From the human T2T-CHM13v2.0 reference genome, Homo sapiens: a stretch of 64,000 bases of DNA. Below are positions 16,431-33,215 of the stretch, piece by piece (within the stretch, counting starts at the first letter, position 1; the number at the start of each line of letters is the position of its first letter). A model generated the notes under the pieces. That model worked only from the letters and a program-made list of their open reading frames with translations, did no database searches and was not told the origin of the DNA. Both the position numbers and the translations under genes were made by a program. The DNA is taken from NCBI RefSeq assembly GCF_009914755.1, contig NC_060925.1, one strand, 5' to 3'.

Positions 16431-18764
16431 CTCCAGGACTCTCCATGGTCTTTAAGTCAGCTGATGCCAATACATCTCAGCTTTTGTGACTCTGCATAAT
16501 CTCAGTGGTCACACAATAACGAAAGCTAAGTGTTTGTAATCATCATTTTAGAGACGCAAAAACAGATTCAAAGTTAAATTACTTGCCCGAGGTCAATCAA
16601 CTAAGGAAAGGCAGAGTAGGGAATCCATGCTATACCTTCTACCCCAGCTGCCACGATGTTTCCACCATGTTACCCTTATTGATTTGAGCTCTAGATCCTA
16701 AGCAATATTTAAAGACATTTAAATTTTTTAATTAAAAATAATTCATTAATAATTTAAGTGTGTCTATTACAACAATGTAGGTATTTTCTAATTTAATGTT
16801 ATGGATTAGGAAAATGATTTTACACATTTTTCACACCTACCTCCATCCTCCAGTCGTTAGGAACTTTCCAGAATATTATCAGTTTCCTTGAGGTGAGTCT
16901 GTTGTTGTTTTTAATTTCCTTTTAAAATGAAATTGTGGGTTTCCGCAAGAGTATCTTTAAAATTTCTAGACAACACTTTTTTTTCTTCCAGACTTCTTCT
17001 GGTATGGTATCTATTTGCCATATTTTAGTGTGGACTTTAATGTGGAAGAGTTGGACTCAAGATTCTCATAAACAAATGAATGTTGGTTACATTAGATATG
17101 GTTATAGCCCATGGTTACTCAGTGGTCTAACCTCATGATTAGTCTTAAACAAAAGTTTTCTGCCATTTTCTCCAATAAATAACTAGATACCTCCTTAAAG
17201 CACCCAATCATTTGTGTGTATTTCTTTGTTTATCCAAGTCTGTTTTGCATCTCTATAGGATATTGTGCACTGTCCCTGCATGCTGCCAGTAATGCTAAGT
17301 GCCAGCATTTGTGGACTGCCTGTGGGCACTATCCCAGATACTTCTTGTACATTCTTTTATTTCATATTCACAACAACCCTATGAGACAGATGTGTCTATA
17401 TCCATTTTACAGATGAGAAAATAGGTTCAGATAAATTCAATTACTTACTCAAAGTCACATGTCTAGATTATCAGAGCTAACCTTAAAATACATTTCTGCC
17501 TGACCCTCTCTCCTACCTATGTGGCTTCCCAGTTACAAAGTGCTCCAACAGGTACAACATGGAATTCTGGAAGTTTAGAGACTTCTATGATACTCCTAAT
17601 TTATTTTATCTGCCATTCCCAGGTCCCCAAATTAAGGACTAATATCATAAATAAATCCTGGGCACATAACTTTTAATTGAGTGGTCTATAATATTGATGT
17701 TTCCTCAGTTGGATGTCCTTATCATGTCTGGGGTTATTTTCTGTTTGTTTCGTCTTCCTCTGGGGAAATAAATTTGATCTGAGAGCATCTGTTATTTTCT
17801 GGAACAATTTTCTCATTTTGCTTTAAGCTTACTGTAGATATCAGAGTTGCTGGTGCATACCACAAACATTATTACTACCTATGGCTTCAGAATATTCGTG
17901 GAAAGGGAGAATGGCCTTTGTTAGTAATGCCACTATCAGCTTTCCTAAGTTGCTGGTACTTTATGTTCTAGGTATTTTGAAGAAGACAGAAGAAAAATGG
18001 ATCCCGTGTTAATGGTGTTCTGCAGCTGAGGTGCCCTCTTCACAGTGCCAAGAAAAAAGATCTGTACCTATTGCAGACGATTGATAATTCTATTAGTGTA
18101 TTACAAGGGCTGCAGTGCAAGGATGTTGGCGAGATCAGTAACTTGTGCAGACTTCTGCCGCCATTCAGAGTAGAGCCACTGTTTAAAGAGGGTTTAATTG
18201 CTCTGGTCTGAAAGACACATTGAGAATAACAGAAAACTCTTCATGTCAAAAGAGTTTCTTATAAGATGTACAGTTTCCAGATTGGAAAAGATGAAACTAA
18301 CACCCAAGGATCAATTACAGAATCAATTAAAGAATATTAAAAGAGTAGATAATGAAGTGTGAACTGGGGTGCTACAGACCATTATACTTTTTTTCAATAA
18401 CATTATTGACTTTCCCCCCTCCATTAACAAAAAGAAGAAAAAAGTAAACACAGAACATACAGAAGAACATAAAAAAGAAATTAGATTTAAAACCATCTGT
18501 AATCATACCATTGGGAGAGAATCACCATTGATATTTTTCTAAGTATATAACATTTCACTCTTTATATATTTGAAATAATATGATACAGATGATTTTTAAA
18601 GTTAATTTTCACTTAGCATTTTCCCATGGAAGACATTTTTCTGTAACATGAGTTTTAATAACTTTATAATGCTCTATCTTTTGGCTGGGACTACCGTACT
18701 TTACCAATCTTTATTACTGAACAAATTATGTTTTCTAGTTTTTCATGTTGTAAACAACACTAAA

Positions 18765-18915
18765 GCTGAGCATGGTGGCACATGCCTGTAGTCTCAGCTT
18801 CTTGGAGGCCCAGAAGGGGGAGGCTCATTTGAGCCCAGGAGTTTGATACCAGCCTCCTGGCAACATAGTGAGACCCCATCCCTAAAAAACAAACAAACAA
18901 ACAAACAAAAACAAC
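18765..18915 (+). mobile_element. Alu monomer (FLAM-like) with (AAAC)n tail
   Basis: Single Alu arm consensus. Confidence 0.85.
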
Positions 18916-19748
18916 ACAGAGATGAATCATTTGGTTATAAACAACACTGGCATGAATCACATGGTTGTGTATCTGTCCAGTTATTTCTTCAGAATAATTT
19001 CTATGAAGTCACTACCTCAATGCATACATACTTAAAAAACAAAAACTCCTTTGTAACGTGTTGCCAAATTGCCTTCTAGAAGGTATGTATAAATTCAGCA
19101 TCAGCAATAATACCTAGTTCTCCATACTCTCACTTGTGCTTGGCATTATCAAATACATTCACCTTGGCCAATAATAATGTGAGTAACGGCTAAGGTTACT
19201 AAAGGCTTGCTGTGTGCCAGGCACTGTGCTAATGCTAACAGCATGTGCAAGTCAGCCATTTTTAGATACTCCATCAGCTCGGCCAAGTGAGGCAAACCTT
19301 GTTGTCCCAGGCCATTGTATGCTGCTCTCAGAGAGATTGAAAATTAAAACCCCAATGTCTTTAATCCTTTTTTATCTGATAATGTCAGCCACCCTGGCCA
19401 TCCAAATTGACATACATGTAAAACAATGTAGATGTATTATTTGGATAAAAATTAAAATTAAATTTTATTCCTAGTGTGCTAAGCGTTTTTTTAATGGAGT
19501 TTTCTTGTGATATCTTTGTCTGGTTTTAGTATTAGGGTAATATTGACCTCATAGAATAAATTGGGAAGTGTTCCTTCCTCTTCTGTTTTTAGGAAGAGTT
19601 TGTGAGGGATTGGTATTAATTCTTCTCTAAACTTTGGTTCAACAGTGAAACCATGTGGCCTGGGATTTTTGTGTGGGGGGGAGTTTTTAAATTACTACTT
19701 CCATCTTTAGTTTTTATAGATTTATTCAGGATTTCTATTTCTTCTTGA

Positions 19749-20292
<544 letters not shown>

Positions 20293-20328
20293 ATGATATC
20301 AAATTTGTTGGCATGCAGTTATTTGTAA

Positions 20329-20674
<346 letters not shown>

Positions 20675-20913
20675 TCTTTTTTTTTTTCATTCCTGATTTT
20701 AGTAATTTCTGTCTTCTCTCTTTTTTTTTCTTGGTAAGTTCAATTAAAGATTTGTCACCTTTGTTGATCATTTCCAAGAACCAACTTTTTACTGATATTC
20801 TCGATTGCTTTTCCATTCCATTTCATTTATATCTACTCTAATCTTTATTTCTTCCCTTCTTGCTTTGTATTTATTTCGTACTTTTTTTCCGTTTCTTTTA
20901 CTTTTATGTGGTT

Positions 20914-21115
20914 GTTTTTTTTAGAGAGAAGGTCTGTCTCTGTCACTCAGGCTGGACTGCATTGGCACGATCATGGCTCACTGCAGCCTCAAACTCTTAG
21001 GCTTAAGTGATCCTCCCACCTCAGCCTCCCAAGTAGCTAAAGCTACAGGCACACACCACCACACCTGGCTAATTTTTTAATTTTTTATAGAGATGAGGTC
21101 TCACTACATTGCCCA
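20914..21115 (-). mobile_element. AluJ, truncated
   Basis: cactgcagcctcaaactc...gtgatcctcccacc. Confidence 0.85.
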
Positions 21116-21210
21116 TCTAGGAGATGTCCCATGTGCCCTTGAGAAGAATGTGCATTGTGCTTTTGTAGGGTGTAGTGTCCATTAGGTCTAATGGGTTTAT
21201 AATGTTGTTC

Positions 21211-21441
21211 ATTTCTTTTTTTGTTTTGTTCTTGTTTTTGAGAAAGGGTCTCACTCTGTCATCTGGGCTGAAGTGCAGTGGCACAGTCGCGGCTTACTGC
21301 AGCTTCAACCTTCCAGGCTCAAGCGATTCTCCTGCCTCAGCCCCCTCTTCCCCTCACCTGGTAGCTGGGTCTATAGGCACACGCCACCATGCCTAGCTGA
21401 TTTTTGTATTTTTTGTAGAGACAGGTTTTCACCATGTTGCC
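21211..21441 (-). mobile_element. AluJ, truncated
   Basis: Antisense Alu right arm plus linker. Confidence 0.85.
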
Positions 21442-21678
21442 ATATTTCATTATATATAAATAATATTTTTATTATCAGCAGCACTTTCAAATGGCCATTT
21501 TTTATTTTGGTCTACTTTTAGACCTACAGAAAAGTTGCAAAAAAAGTAATAAAGACTTCCTTTATGTCCCCCACTCTTATTCTAACATGTTTTATGGCCA
21601 TAGTGCAATTATCAAAATAGTCAAATAGCCTTTTTTCCTCCTTCAATTTTTTTGTTGTGGTAAAATATACATGACATA

Positions 21679-22022
<344 letters not shown>

Positions 22023-22933
22023 CACAGCATAGAATCTATAATCGTGACCATTTTAAGTGTACAGTTAAGTGATGTTAAATATATTCATAAAGTTGTACAA
22101 TCATCACCACTACCCATCCCTGGAACTTTTTCATCTTGTAAAAGTCAAGCTCTATACCCCTTAAACAGTGACTCTTTCTTATCCCTTCTTTCCTGCCCCT
22201 GGAAACCACCATTCTGCTTTCTGTCTCTTTGATTTTTACTACTCTATGTGCCTCATATAAGTGGAATTATATAATATTTGTTTTCTTGTGACTGGCTTAT
22301 TTCACTGAGCAAAACGTCCTCAAAGTTCATCCATGTGTTGTAGCATATGTCAGAATTCCCTTCCTTTTTAAGGCTAAATAATACTCTGCTTCATGTATAT
22401 ACCACATTTTGACCTAATTTATGACCTAACCTACGGTTTATCCTGGAAAATGCCCCATGTGCAACTGAGAATGATGTGTATGCTGCTGTTGTTGGGTAGA
22501 GTGCTCTAGATATGTCTGTTTGATCTAGTTGATTTATTGTGTTGTTTAAGGTACTTATTGCCTTTGTTGTCTTCTCTCTGTTCTATCCATTGCTGAGAAT
22601 GGTGTACTGCAGTCTCCAACTGTTCTGTTAGAACTGTCTATTTCTCTCTTTAATTCTGTCAGTTTTTGCTTCACATAGTTTAGTGGTCCGTTATTAGGTA
22701 GGTATGTAAATGTTTATAATGGGTGTATCTTCTTGCTATATTAAACCTCTTATTAATATACAATGCCCTTTTTGCCTCTTGTAAACTTTTTTGATTTAAA
22801 GTCTTTTTTGTCTGATATAGTCACCTTTGCTCTCTGTTGGTCACTATTTGCATGGAATATCTTTTTTCATTTTTTCACTTTCAATGTATTTGTGTCTTTG
22901 GATCTAAAGTAAGTCACTTGTAGACAGACTATA

Positions 22934-23275
22934 TAGTCATATGCAGCATAATGACCTTTTAGTCAATGATGGACCACATATAGGATGGTTGTCTCATAAG
23001 ATTATAACACCGTATTTTTACTGTACCTTCTCTAGATATGTTTAGGTACACAAATATTTACAATTGTGTTATAATCACCTACAGTATTCAGTACAGTAAC
23101 ATGACATACAGGATTGTAACCTAGGAGCAATAGGCTATATATTAGGTACCCCAGGTATGTAGTAGACTATTCTGTGTAGGTTTGTGTAAGTCCACTGTAT
23201 GACGTTCACACAATGATGAAATCACTTAATGACACATGTCTCAGAATGTATCTGACATTAAGCAACACATGACTG
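22934..23275. mobile_element. Tigger3/MER7-like TcMar DNA transposon fossil
   Basis: Terminal inverted repeats (t)agtcatatgcagcataatg / cattaagcaacacatgactg flanked by TA. Confidence 0.8.
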
Positions 23276-24795
23276 TAACTATATTTGGATCCTGTGGGTT
23301 TTTTTATTCCATTCTGCCAATCTTTGTCTTTTGATTGGAGAGTTTAATCATTTAGACTTAAATTAACTGCTGGTGAGGAGGGGCTTACTTCTGTCTTTCT
23401 ACTATTTGTTTTCTATATGCCTTATAACTTTTTGTTTCTCATTTCCAACATTGCTATCTTCTTTTTGTATTTGGTTGATTTTATGTAGTGAAGTGTTCAA
23501 ATTCCTTTTTAAATTTCCTTTTGCATGTATTGATAGCTCTTTTCTTTATAGTTATGATGGTGATTACACTTAACATCCTAAAATTATAACACTCTAATTT
23601 GAATTTATACCAGCTTAACTTCAGTAAGATGTAAAAACTCTGTTCCTTTACAGCTCCATCCCCACCCCTTTTGGTTGATGATGTCAAAAAATTACATCTT
23701 CATACATTTTGTGCCCCAAACCATAAACTAATAAATCTATTATAGTCTCTTAAATTATATAGAAAACAAAATGTGAAGTTACAAACCAAAGTATAATAAT
23801 ACTAGTTTTTCGACTAATAATTTTTAAAAGTACATTAATCTCTCAAATCATGTAGAAAACAAACAGTAGAGTTACAAACTATTGCTATAATAATATCAAC
23901 TTTTATAATTCCCTAGGTATTGACCTTTATCAAGATCTTTATTTCTTCAGATGGTTTCAAGTCACTGTCTAGTGTGTCTCCACTTTAACCTGAAGGATTC
24001 CCTTTGGCATTTCTTGCAGAGCAAGTCTAATGGTCTGAAACTCCCTCTGCTTTTATCTGGGAATGCCTTAATTTCTCCCTCACTTTTTAGGGATAGTTTT
24101 GCTGGATGTAGGATTTTTGGTTGACAATGTTTTCTTTTAGCACTTTGAACATATTAGCCCACTGCCTTCTAGCCTCCAAAGTTTCTGATGAGAAATACAC
24201 TGATAATCTTTATTGAGGATCCCTTGTGTATGATGAGTCATTTCTCCCTTGAAGCTTTCAAGATTATCTCGGTCTTTATCTTTCCAAGATTTGAATATAA
24301 TGTGCCTTGGTGTGGATTTCTTTGAGTTAATCTTACTTAGCGTTTGTTAAGCTTCTTGGATGTTTATTTTCATGTCTTTCATCCAGTTTGAGAAGTTTTC
24401 AGCCATTATTTATTCAAATATTCTCTCCTCCCCTTTCTCTCTCTCTTCTCCTTCTGGGACTTCATATGTTTGTTTACTCATTTGTGTCTCACAGGTCCCT
24501 TAGGCTCTCTTCACTTTACTTCAGATGTTTTTCTTTCTCTTCCTCAGATTTTATAATTGTCATTGTCCTGTCTTCATGTTTGTTGATTCTTTCTTCTAAC
24601 TGCTCAAATCTGCCCCTAAATCCCTCTAGTGAATTTTTTATTTCAGTTATTACGCTTTCCATCTCCTGAATATCTTGTTTCTTTTATAGTTTTCAATATC
24701 TTTATTGATATTTCCATTTTGTTCATACACTATTTCTTTGACTTTTCCCATATCTTCCATTAGTAATTTGAGTGTCTTTAAAACAGTTGTTTTAG

Positions 24796-25093
24796 GGCCA
24801 GGCACGATGCCTCACATCTGAAATCCTAGCACTTTTGGAGGCCAAGGGGGGCAGATCACCTGAGCTCAGGAGTTCGAGACCAGCCTGGCCAACATGGTGA
24901 AACCCCTCCTCTACTAAAAATACAAAACTTAGCTGATCGTGGTGGTGTGTGCCTTTAATCCTAGCTACTTGGGAGGCTGTGGCAGAAGAATCACTTGAAC
25001 CCAGGAGGCGGAGGTTGCTAGTGAGCTGACATAGTGCCATTGCACTCCAGCCTGGGCAACAAGAGTGAAACTGTGTCTCAAAATAAAATAAAA
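24796..25093 (+). mobile_element. AluS
   Basis: Full dimer; flanking repeat aaa(ca/tg)gttgtttta. Confidence 0.93.
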
Positions 25094-25989
25094 TGGTTGT
25101 TTTAAAATTTTTTGCCTAGTAGGTCTACCATTAGGTTTTTTTCATCAAGTTTCTGTTTATTTTGTTTCCTTTAAATGCACCATAGTTTTTTTTTTTTCAT
25201 TGCATGCCTATGATTTTCTGTTGAAAACATTGGAAGCTAATAATGTGGTAACCCTGAAAATCAGATTCTCCCCCTTCTTCAGGGCTTTCTGGGTTTTGTT
25301 AACTTATTCATTGTTTTGGGGGTTAAAAAATTTTTTTAGGCTCTCTCTGTGCCAAGGATCAGCCTGAGGTATAAACTTGAGGTTTTCTCAGGTCTTTGCT
25401 GAGCTTACACCTTTCCCTGAATATGTGCAGTCACTTTCTAATTATACCATACATGCAGTTACTTTTAAATGTCCTAGTTTAGCTCTCAAAAAGACAAAAT
25501 GAAAAAAAATGAATGTGGAAAAGGACACTGGCCCTTTAAGTCTCCTGAAAATCACTCTAGCCAGAGGTGGAGGGGCATGCAACAATGAGGAGAGGTGCAA
25601 CAACAATGGCTGTGATCAGAATCAGTAATCCGTGATTGGAGTACAGATCCCTGATGTTAGAAGACAAGGAATTTTTTTTTTTTTTTCTCACTCTGGCTCC
25701 CACAGGCTGCAAGCCAGCTGCTCCAGCTGCCTACCAGGGGGCTAGGGATGGGGGATGGTAGTTTCTACTGTGCTTAAAAGCTGAAATTGGCCAAAAGTCA
25801 CTGCAATTTACCATCCTATTCTTCCCCTGGAAGTTGCAAGCCTTTAATAGACTCCAGAGTTCCAAAATAGGAAGATACTGGCATACAGCTGTCTTTAGGT
25901 GGGGAGACAGATTCCTGGTGCTTCTTAATCTGCCACCTTCCCAGAATTCTTTCCCCATTGCCTGTTACTATACATAAAATTATATTAAA

Positions 25990-26140
25990 ATCTACCCACA
26001 CCCAGCTCATTTATTCATTGTTGATAGCTGCTGTCACACTACAATGCCAGAAGTGAATAGTTTTGACACAGACTGTATAGCCTGCAAAGCCAAAAATGTT
26101 CACTATTTGGCTCTTCATGGAAAAAGTTTGCCAATCACTA
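25990..26140 (+). mobile_element. MER58-like hAT-Charlie fragment
   Basis: gcctgcaaagccaaaaatgttcactatttggctc...aaaaagtttgccaa. Confidence 0.7.
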
Positions 26141-27996
26141 TGGGGGAATAGAGAATGTAGGGTATGAAAACTAACAAGATAGCCTACAAATAGGACATCT
26201 ATTTTCTAAATAAATGTAAATTATACTATAAAATATAATTTAATAAATACATAAAACACTATGAAAGCATTTACCACCACCAAAATTGTGCTGCTGCAAG
26301 TAATCTTGGGAAGTGTCCAACTTCAATCAAAGTGACCATTACTCAATACTAGAAGGTAACCAAAGAAAGCTCAAATTGGATAATGCATACCCTGAAGTAC
26401 TCAAAAAATTCGGAAAGTCAGACTTTTCAACTTTCTGGAATATCAGTATTTCCAGAATATAGTTGAGTTTAAAATATGAATGTAAACACAGCAATACCAA
26501 GGAGTAAAATGTAAAATCTGTATACATTTTTAAGATAAAACAAATTACTACATGATGTTCCTCTTGATTGCAATGGGTTGATTAAGCTACCCCCAAAACT
26601 CCTAGCAATTTACCTTTATTCACTCTACCTAAGCAAGTTGCTGTGGAATTGTGGCATATGAGTGGGATATTCTTTGTAATAATCTTATGTGGGTGTGGGA
26701 AGTTCTCAATTCATTGCTATTCAGTTCCTAAGAAGTTGACCCAGAAAGCAACAGCTGAAACATTCTGGTAGCTGTCTACCCAATGTTCTTTCTCTCTCCT
26801 GCTTCTTTAGTAGCATAATTCTGATTTTGAGAGAAGAGGGAGTGATGATATGTCTGGCTGAAGAATTGAATTTCTCAGCTTCTCTTTACACCGATTGGGT
26901 AACTCTACGACTAAATTCTAGCTTCTAATACATAGGGCTTTTCAGGGAAAAGCCCTTGAAAAGGGAGTGTTGAATCAGCTGGGCGTCCTTTTTGGCCTCT
27001 TCCTTCCTTTTTCTTCCTGCCAGAATGATGGATTCAATGGCTGGAGAGGCAATGTCTAACATGTGAACTTGAAGTGACTTTGTGAATGGAAGCCACACAA
27101 TAAGGATGGCTTATTGAAGGAGGCAGGAGCATTGATGATTCCACAGAGCCAGCATATCAGCTTTTAATTGTCCACATCTAAATTTCATTTACATGAGAGA
27201 AACAGAAACTTTAATAACTTCAATATTCTGCAAGCCACCATTACTGATGAGTACAATTACTAACACCCCATGTGCCAGGCAGGATGCCCTAGAAGTCACT
27301 GGTCATTGCAGAGGAAAAATTGCGATACAGATTTGTACACCAATCTCCTGCAAGTTTGGTTAGTAGGAAACAAGCCCCTGGAGACATCTGCACCCAGTAA
27401 ACTACAAAATTAAATTTCTGAGTCTTGCAGTGTGTGGAGTCTGAGATAAGAAGCTTCTACTTAGGAGAGCAATAAAGGAAATGGGTCCTTAACTATGATC
27501 AGCTTTCAGTTAAGAGAAAGTGGTAGAGAGAAAGTTCTGTGAGAAGTCTGAAGATGAAACAGAAGGAATTCAAAAGGCAGGAGAGTTCTGAATGATGAAG
27601 GTAGGAGTTATTTCAGCATTTTCCATGTGAATCTCAGCTGCCTATCTCACCCCACATCCCATCACTCCCACGCTCACACATCCCTGTAAGCCTAGAATTC
27701 ACGCATGTTCCCTAGTCTCAGGACTTGGTAGCACAGCCTCCACTGACTTGCCCAATAGGAAGCAAGTTTCCCTTCTTGCCATCTGAATTCCACATTTGGT
27801 GTGCCTGAAGTAAACCCTAAGAGCCCATACTGGTTCAGTTCTAGAACTTTACTGTCATCCAGTGCATAACCCATGCTCAGTAAATATTAGTTAAATTTAA
27901 CAGAGGACAAAAAAATGTATAATCCCCAAAGTAAAATAGTCTGAAAATTTCAGGTGAAAAAGTTGAGGGGAAAGGTATTTAAAAATAAATGCAGCT

Positions 27997-28324
<328 letters not shown>

Positions 28325-30153
28325 TGCACCAACTTATAGCTAGGATTTGTGTTGATAGTTATTGGAAGGTAAAGAGAAAAATCCCATATAAAAATATTCT
28401 GTTACTCTGGCCCATAAAATCATCATTTTAAAAGAAACAAGGTGGAAGGTAGGGCTGAAAGGGATATTGAGAGGACACTGATGACCAACTTCTTTGAGCC
28501 ACAAGTTTGCCCAAGGCCTGCTCTGGTACCAAAGTGGCCATTTCTCTCCTCAGTGACCCCTCTCCAGACTGGCTGCCCATTCTATCCTGCTTTGCTTCTG
28601 CCACCCACTTCCTGGGCTTCTAGTGCTGGGCTGGTACCATTTATTTGTTTATTCAGGGCAGGAAAGTACTTGACCAGGTGTCTGTAGCACCAAATGCCTG
28701 TGGCTCCCTAGAGTAGGAGAGTCAGGCCCAAGATGATACACACAATGACCACTTTGAAGGTTCCACTCGAGGCATGGCTCAGCCAGAACATTCCCAGAGA
28801 AACTCACTCCCTCAAAGTTATGGTCACCGTAGTCATTTTAGCTATTGAAGACCACAGTGCTCTATATGTGTTGGCTCATTTGTGCTCCAATCTCCTCTAT
28901 GACATCAGTTCTATTATTATCTCCATTTTGCAGTGGAGGAAACAACTTATACAGGTTTAGTATTTTGTCCAAGATCACAGTTCCTAAGTGGTAGCTCTGG
29001 GATTCACACCCAAGCAGTGTGACCGTAGAGCCAGACTCCAGCCAGTGTATGTATTATTTACTCCCGGTTGTCTGTGAAATGTAGAAAAGAAAAGGAAAAG
29101 AATAAAAATCCCCTCTGACTCCAGCAACAGAGATAACTATTTGCTTTTTCCCCACCTGCTATCCTTATGCAAACCCCACCTTAATGTGGTGGTAACATCA
29201 GCTTCCCAGGCATATTCCTGTGGGAAACAGTCTGTCTCCCTCCCTGGCAGTGGCATGTCTCAGAAGTAGCCTTTGGCAACCTCTTGGTGAAGTCTGTGTC
29301 TCCCTCCCACACCCCGCCATGCTACCCTCTCAGGTGACCTCTGCAGGGCCCACACCAGCAAGATTTCTTGACTAGTCCCCAGGCCAGCCCTTCTCCCTTC
29401 CCACCGCAGAGACAGTTTCTGCAGAGGCTTGCCCTCTCTTGCCCACAGCCTGGCTAGCCTAATCATCTCAGGTCATAAATGCTGAAGCTTTAGCAGGTTA
29501 CTCCTCCCAGGTTGACATGCTTATACAGGCATTTTTGAGAGATATTGTACTTTTTAGCCAAAAGCCCCAAAGTAGAGACACACTGGGCTTGGCCAGGGTT
29601 TTGGTGTTCTCTTAAAGCACACCATCCCTTTGCTGTTTCACCAGTGGGAGTGAAATGTTTTCACAGGGAAACCTCCTTCTGGCTGCCAGGCTGTGATGGG
29701 GAGGTGTCAGTGGGTGGGTGCCGGAGGGGAAGATGTTTTATGTTACAACACAGGAAGTCAATGACCTTGAGGCCTCTGAGCACTCTGCCAGGTCAATTCA
29801 TCTCGGAGGTTGTTCTTTCCTGCCCCAAAGCCTAGGCTGACTACAAAGCTCCTTCCGCCCCTCAGAGCAATTAGAGAAACAGAAAGAAGCAGAGTACCAG
29901 GATCTGAAAATGGAGCAGTGCAGAGAGAAAGCTAGTGTAAGACCATGCTTCTCAACCCTTTCACACATAATACTTAACTTTTGTAAGAAATATTTCATAA
30001 TATTCATTTTGCTATCTAGAAATGAAGTTCTTAGATATATAACCTACCTACACATATAATTTTTAAAATAAATATAATGTCCTACCTACAATGTAAAGAA
30101 AAATAAAAGGAGAGTAGTGGATAATAAAATATATTTAAATATGTGAATTCTAG

Positions 30154-30615
<462 letters not shown>

Positions 30616-33215
30616 TAAAGTTCTAAACAAAACAAAATATCATCTTGCCTTGATTCCCACAATAGTTATGATCCTAAAAATTTCAGTATATATTCAACCA
30701 TGCAAAAAACACATGACGTTTATATGTAAAACAGAGTTACATTCCAGGCACAGGTAGTCTGTAAGATTTTCATCAACACAAATGTCTATTGTGATTTTCC
30801 AAAGGCATATGGGACACAGAACAGTTGCGTTTCAGGAAGTCCAGCATCCTTGGCCCCCACTTCCTAAAATGCTAGTTGACCCACAATTTTGTCATTGTGA
30901 CAAAAATGCTTCCATAAATGTCCAAACTACGCACCCCCCAGAAGTATGGCCCCCATGGAAAATCAATGTCTGAGGCGACCCCAGGAACTGATTAGCGGTA
31001 AGATCGCATACCTTAACTCTGTATGGCATGAATTGCTCAGTAGCATCAAGGAAATGGAGGGCGAAATACTGATAAACAATATAGGCAAGTGTTAGTGACA
31101 TGTTTCTCAAGAAGTTAAAAATACTTGCCCTCAGGAAGATCAGTGTAGTAGGATCCATTCAGAGTTTGCTAAATCATCTTAAAGAACTAGGAATGCCCAA
31201 GGCTAGAGAAGATTTAACGTTAACTTAACTGAGGATAATAAATCCAAGGAAGAACTAAAATTAAATTTGATGAAAGCCAATTTGTCAAAGATCAATTATC
31301 CAAAAGTCAAGTCACTAAATGACCAATTCACCAAAAGCCAATGTGTCAAATATTAACTTGCTGAAAGATTAATTCACCCCAAACTGCCAAATTTAGTACT
31401 TTAAGCCATGTCTAGTACTGCAGCAATTTCACCATAAGCCAATTTGCTACCATTGAGTCACTGTGGCTGGCCAAATCCTAGTGTGTTTGGCACTTTTGGT
31501 CTATATCATTAAGTAATGAGAAGATCCTGGGTATTTCAAATGTTGTGCATTTTGCACATCTCAAATGTCAAGGAATTTATGAAAAATAAGGTAGATTTCT
31601 CTTTGCCAATGCATTACATGCCTTCCCTATTACTCTTAATCATGGCTTTGTGAATAAGCTCAATCAAATAAATACTTTGTGCATGTTTCAAATTTCAAAC
31701 TCTTTCATTTGATATCATATACATGAAAGAAGAGTTTGCCCTTTAAACAGTTTTATATCAATTTGCCTTTCCCTATTTGTGCTGACTTCGTCAGTCTTTT
31801 GAACAAAGTTTTTGTCTGCATGTCAATTTTTATGTATCCATAAAATATGTGGAAACTAGCAAAAATTCTTTCCATGAAATGGGGTCTATATACAAATTTA
31901 GGAATGTGGCTAAAATCCAAGTTAGGCATAAGGCCTCAAAACTAGAGAAGGTCATAATCTATGTTGAAGGGCAAGCTCACCCATTCACATATAAAATGCT
32001 ATACAAGCCGTGCAAGGCCCTAAGAGGTGAAAAACATGAAATGAACATTCAAATAAGCCCTGATAAATTCTTAGGGAGAGAGCTGAGGTGAAGCAGCTCC
32101 TGTGAGCCACACCAAACAAAAATGGAAAATAAATCTTCAAAGACTATTAAAGCAATTTCATACAAACAATCTGTTATAAGCTCCATAGGCAGTTAATAGA
32201 ATCAAGGTTTTGGTGAATCAGTAATTTGGTAAATTGGTTATTTGGTGAATTGATGAGTTGCTACATTTTATTTTAGTGACTGGGATTGCACCGTCTTTTG
32301 GAACATTAGCTTGCCTTCCTCGAGAAGTAATGTGGTAGACAGGCAGGGAGTTGGAAATAAAAGAGCAACAGAAGCAAGCATGGGGTGTGCCCAACTTAGC
32401 ACGGCCTATTAGAGATGGTGTCCGTTCTCCATTCTGACCTGCATACATGTCCCCACTGTGGAGACAGATGCCTCAGGCTAGCTCAGCCAGCTGCCAGTAA
32501 CAGGTGAATCCCATAACCAATTCTTGTTCTGATTTTACACTCACCTGGAATGCTTCTGATTATAAATGAGCTTCCTCAGTCATTTTCCATCAGAGAAATT
32601 GTAGTCCAAGGGTCATGCGTACCTGGTCACCTTGGTGGATATAAATCTCAATGTGTATTAATAAATGAGCATCTTTGTTTTTACATCTGTATTTTATGAA
32701 CTTCGTAAGTGTGGATCAGCGCCACTGAGTCTGATCACCCCTAAGACCCTGGTAAGATTAATTTTTCACAGCATCTGTGAGTAATGGCCAGACCCAGGTC
32801 TGTTCTGAATTCATCCCCGTTGGCTCCACACCTTTACTTTATGTTTCTACAATCTATAAAACATAGTGAAGGAAGACTCTGCATGTAAATGGTGGGCCTA
32901 AAATAATTGCAAACAGGGAGAATTGAATATTTTTCTTACATATTTTATATAAAAGCCCTGAAGTGATAGCCTGTGTATCCAAAGCCCCCTCGGCCTGGAG
33001 TGCTAAGGCAGGTCAGGTGAACAGACATAAGCAGTATTTCTCTGGCTCCAGCTTGAACCAGCTATTGCGGGCCTTCCATCTTTCCATGCTTCACCCCCCA
33101 CCCCCACAGCCACCCCCACCCCACCAGTTATTTAGGGGAGGTGCCAAGGAGTTCTTATGTGCTGATGAGGAGGTCCTCTCAGCTGTTCCTGCCATTGTCC
33201 TCCCTGTTTCACTCC

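Noticed and set aside
16854-16898. 39-bp micro-exon candidate with GAG|GTGAGT donor
   Set aside because: Isolated splice-like signals with no transcript or reading-frame context
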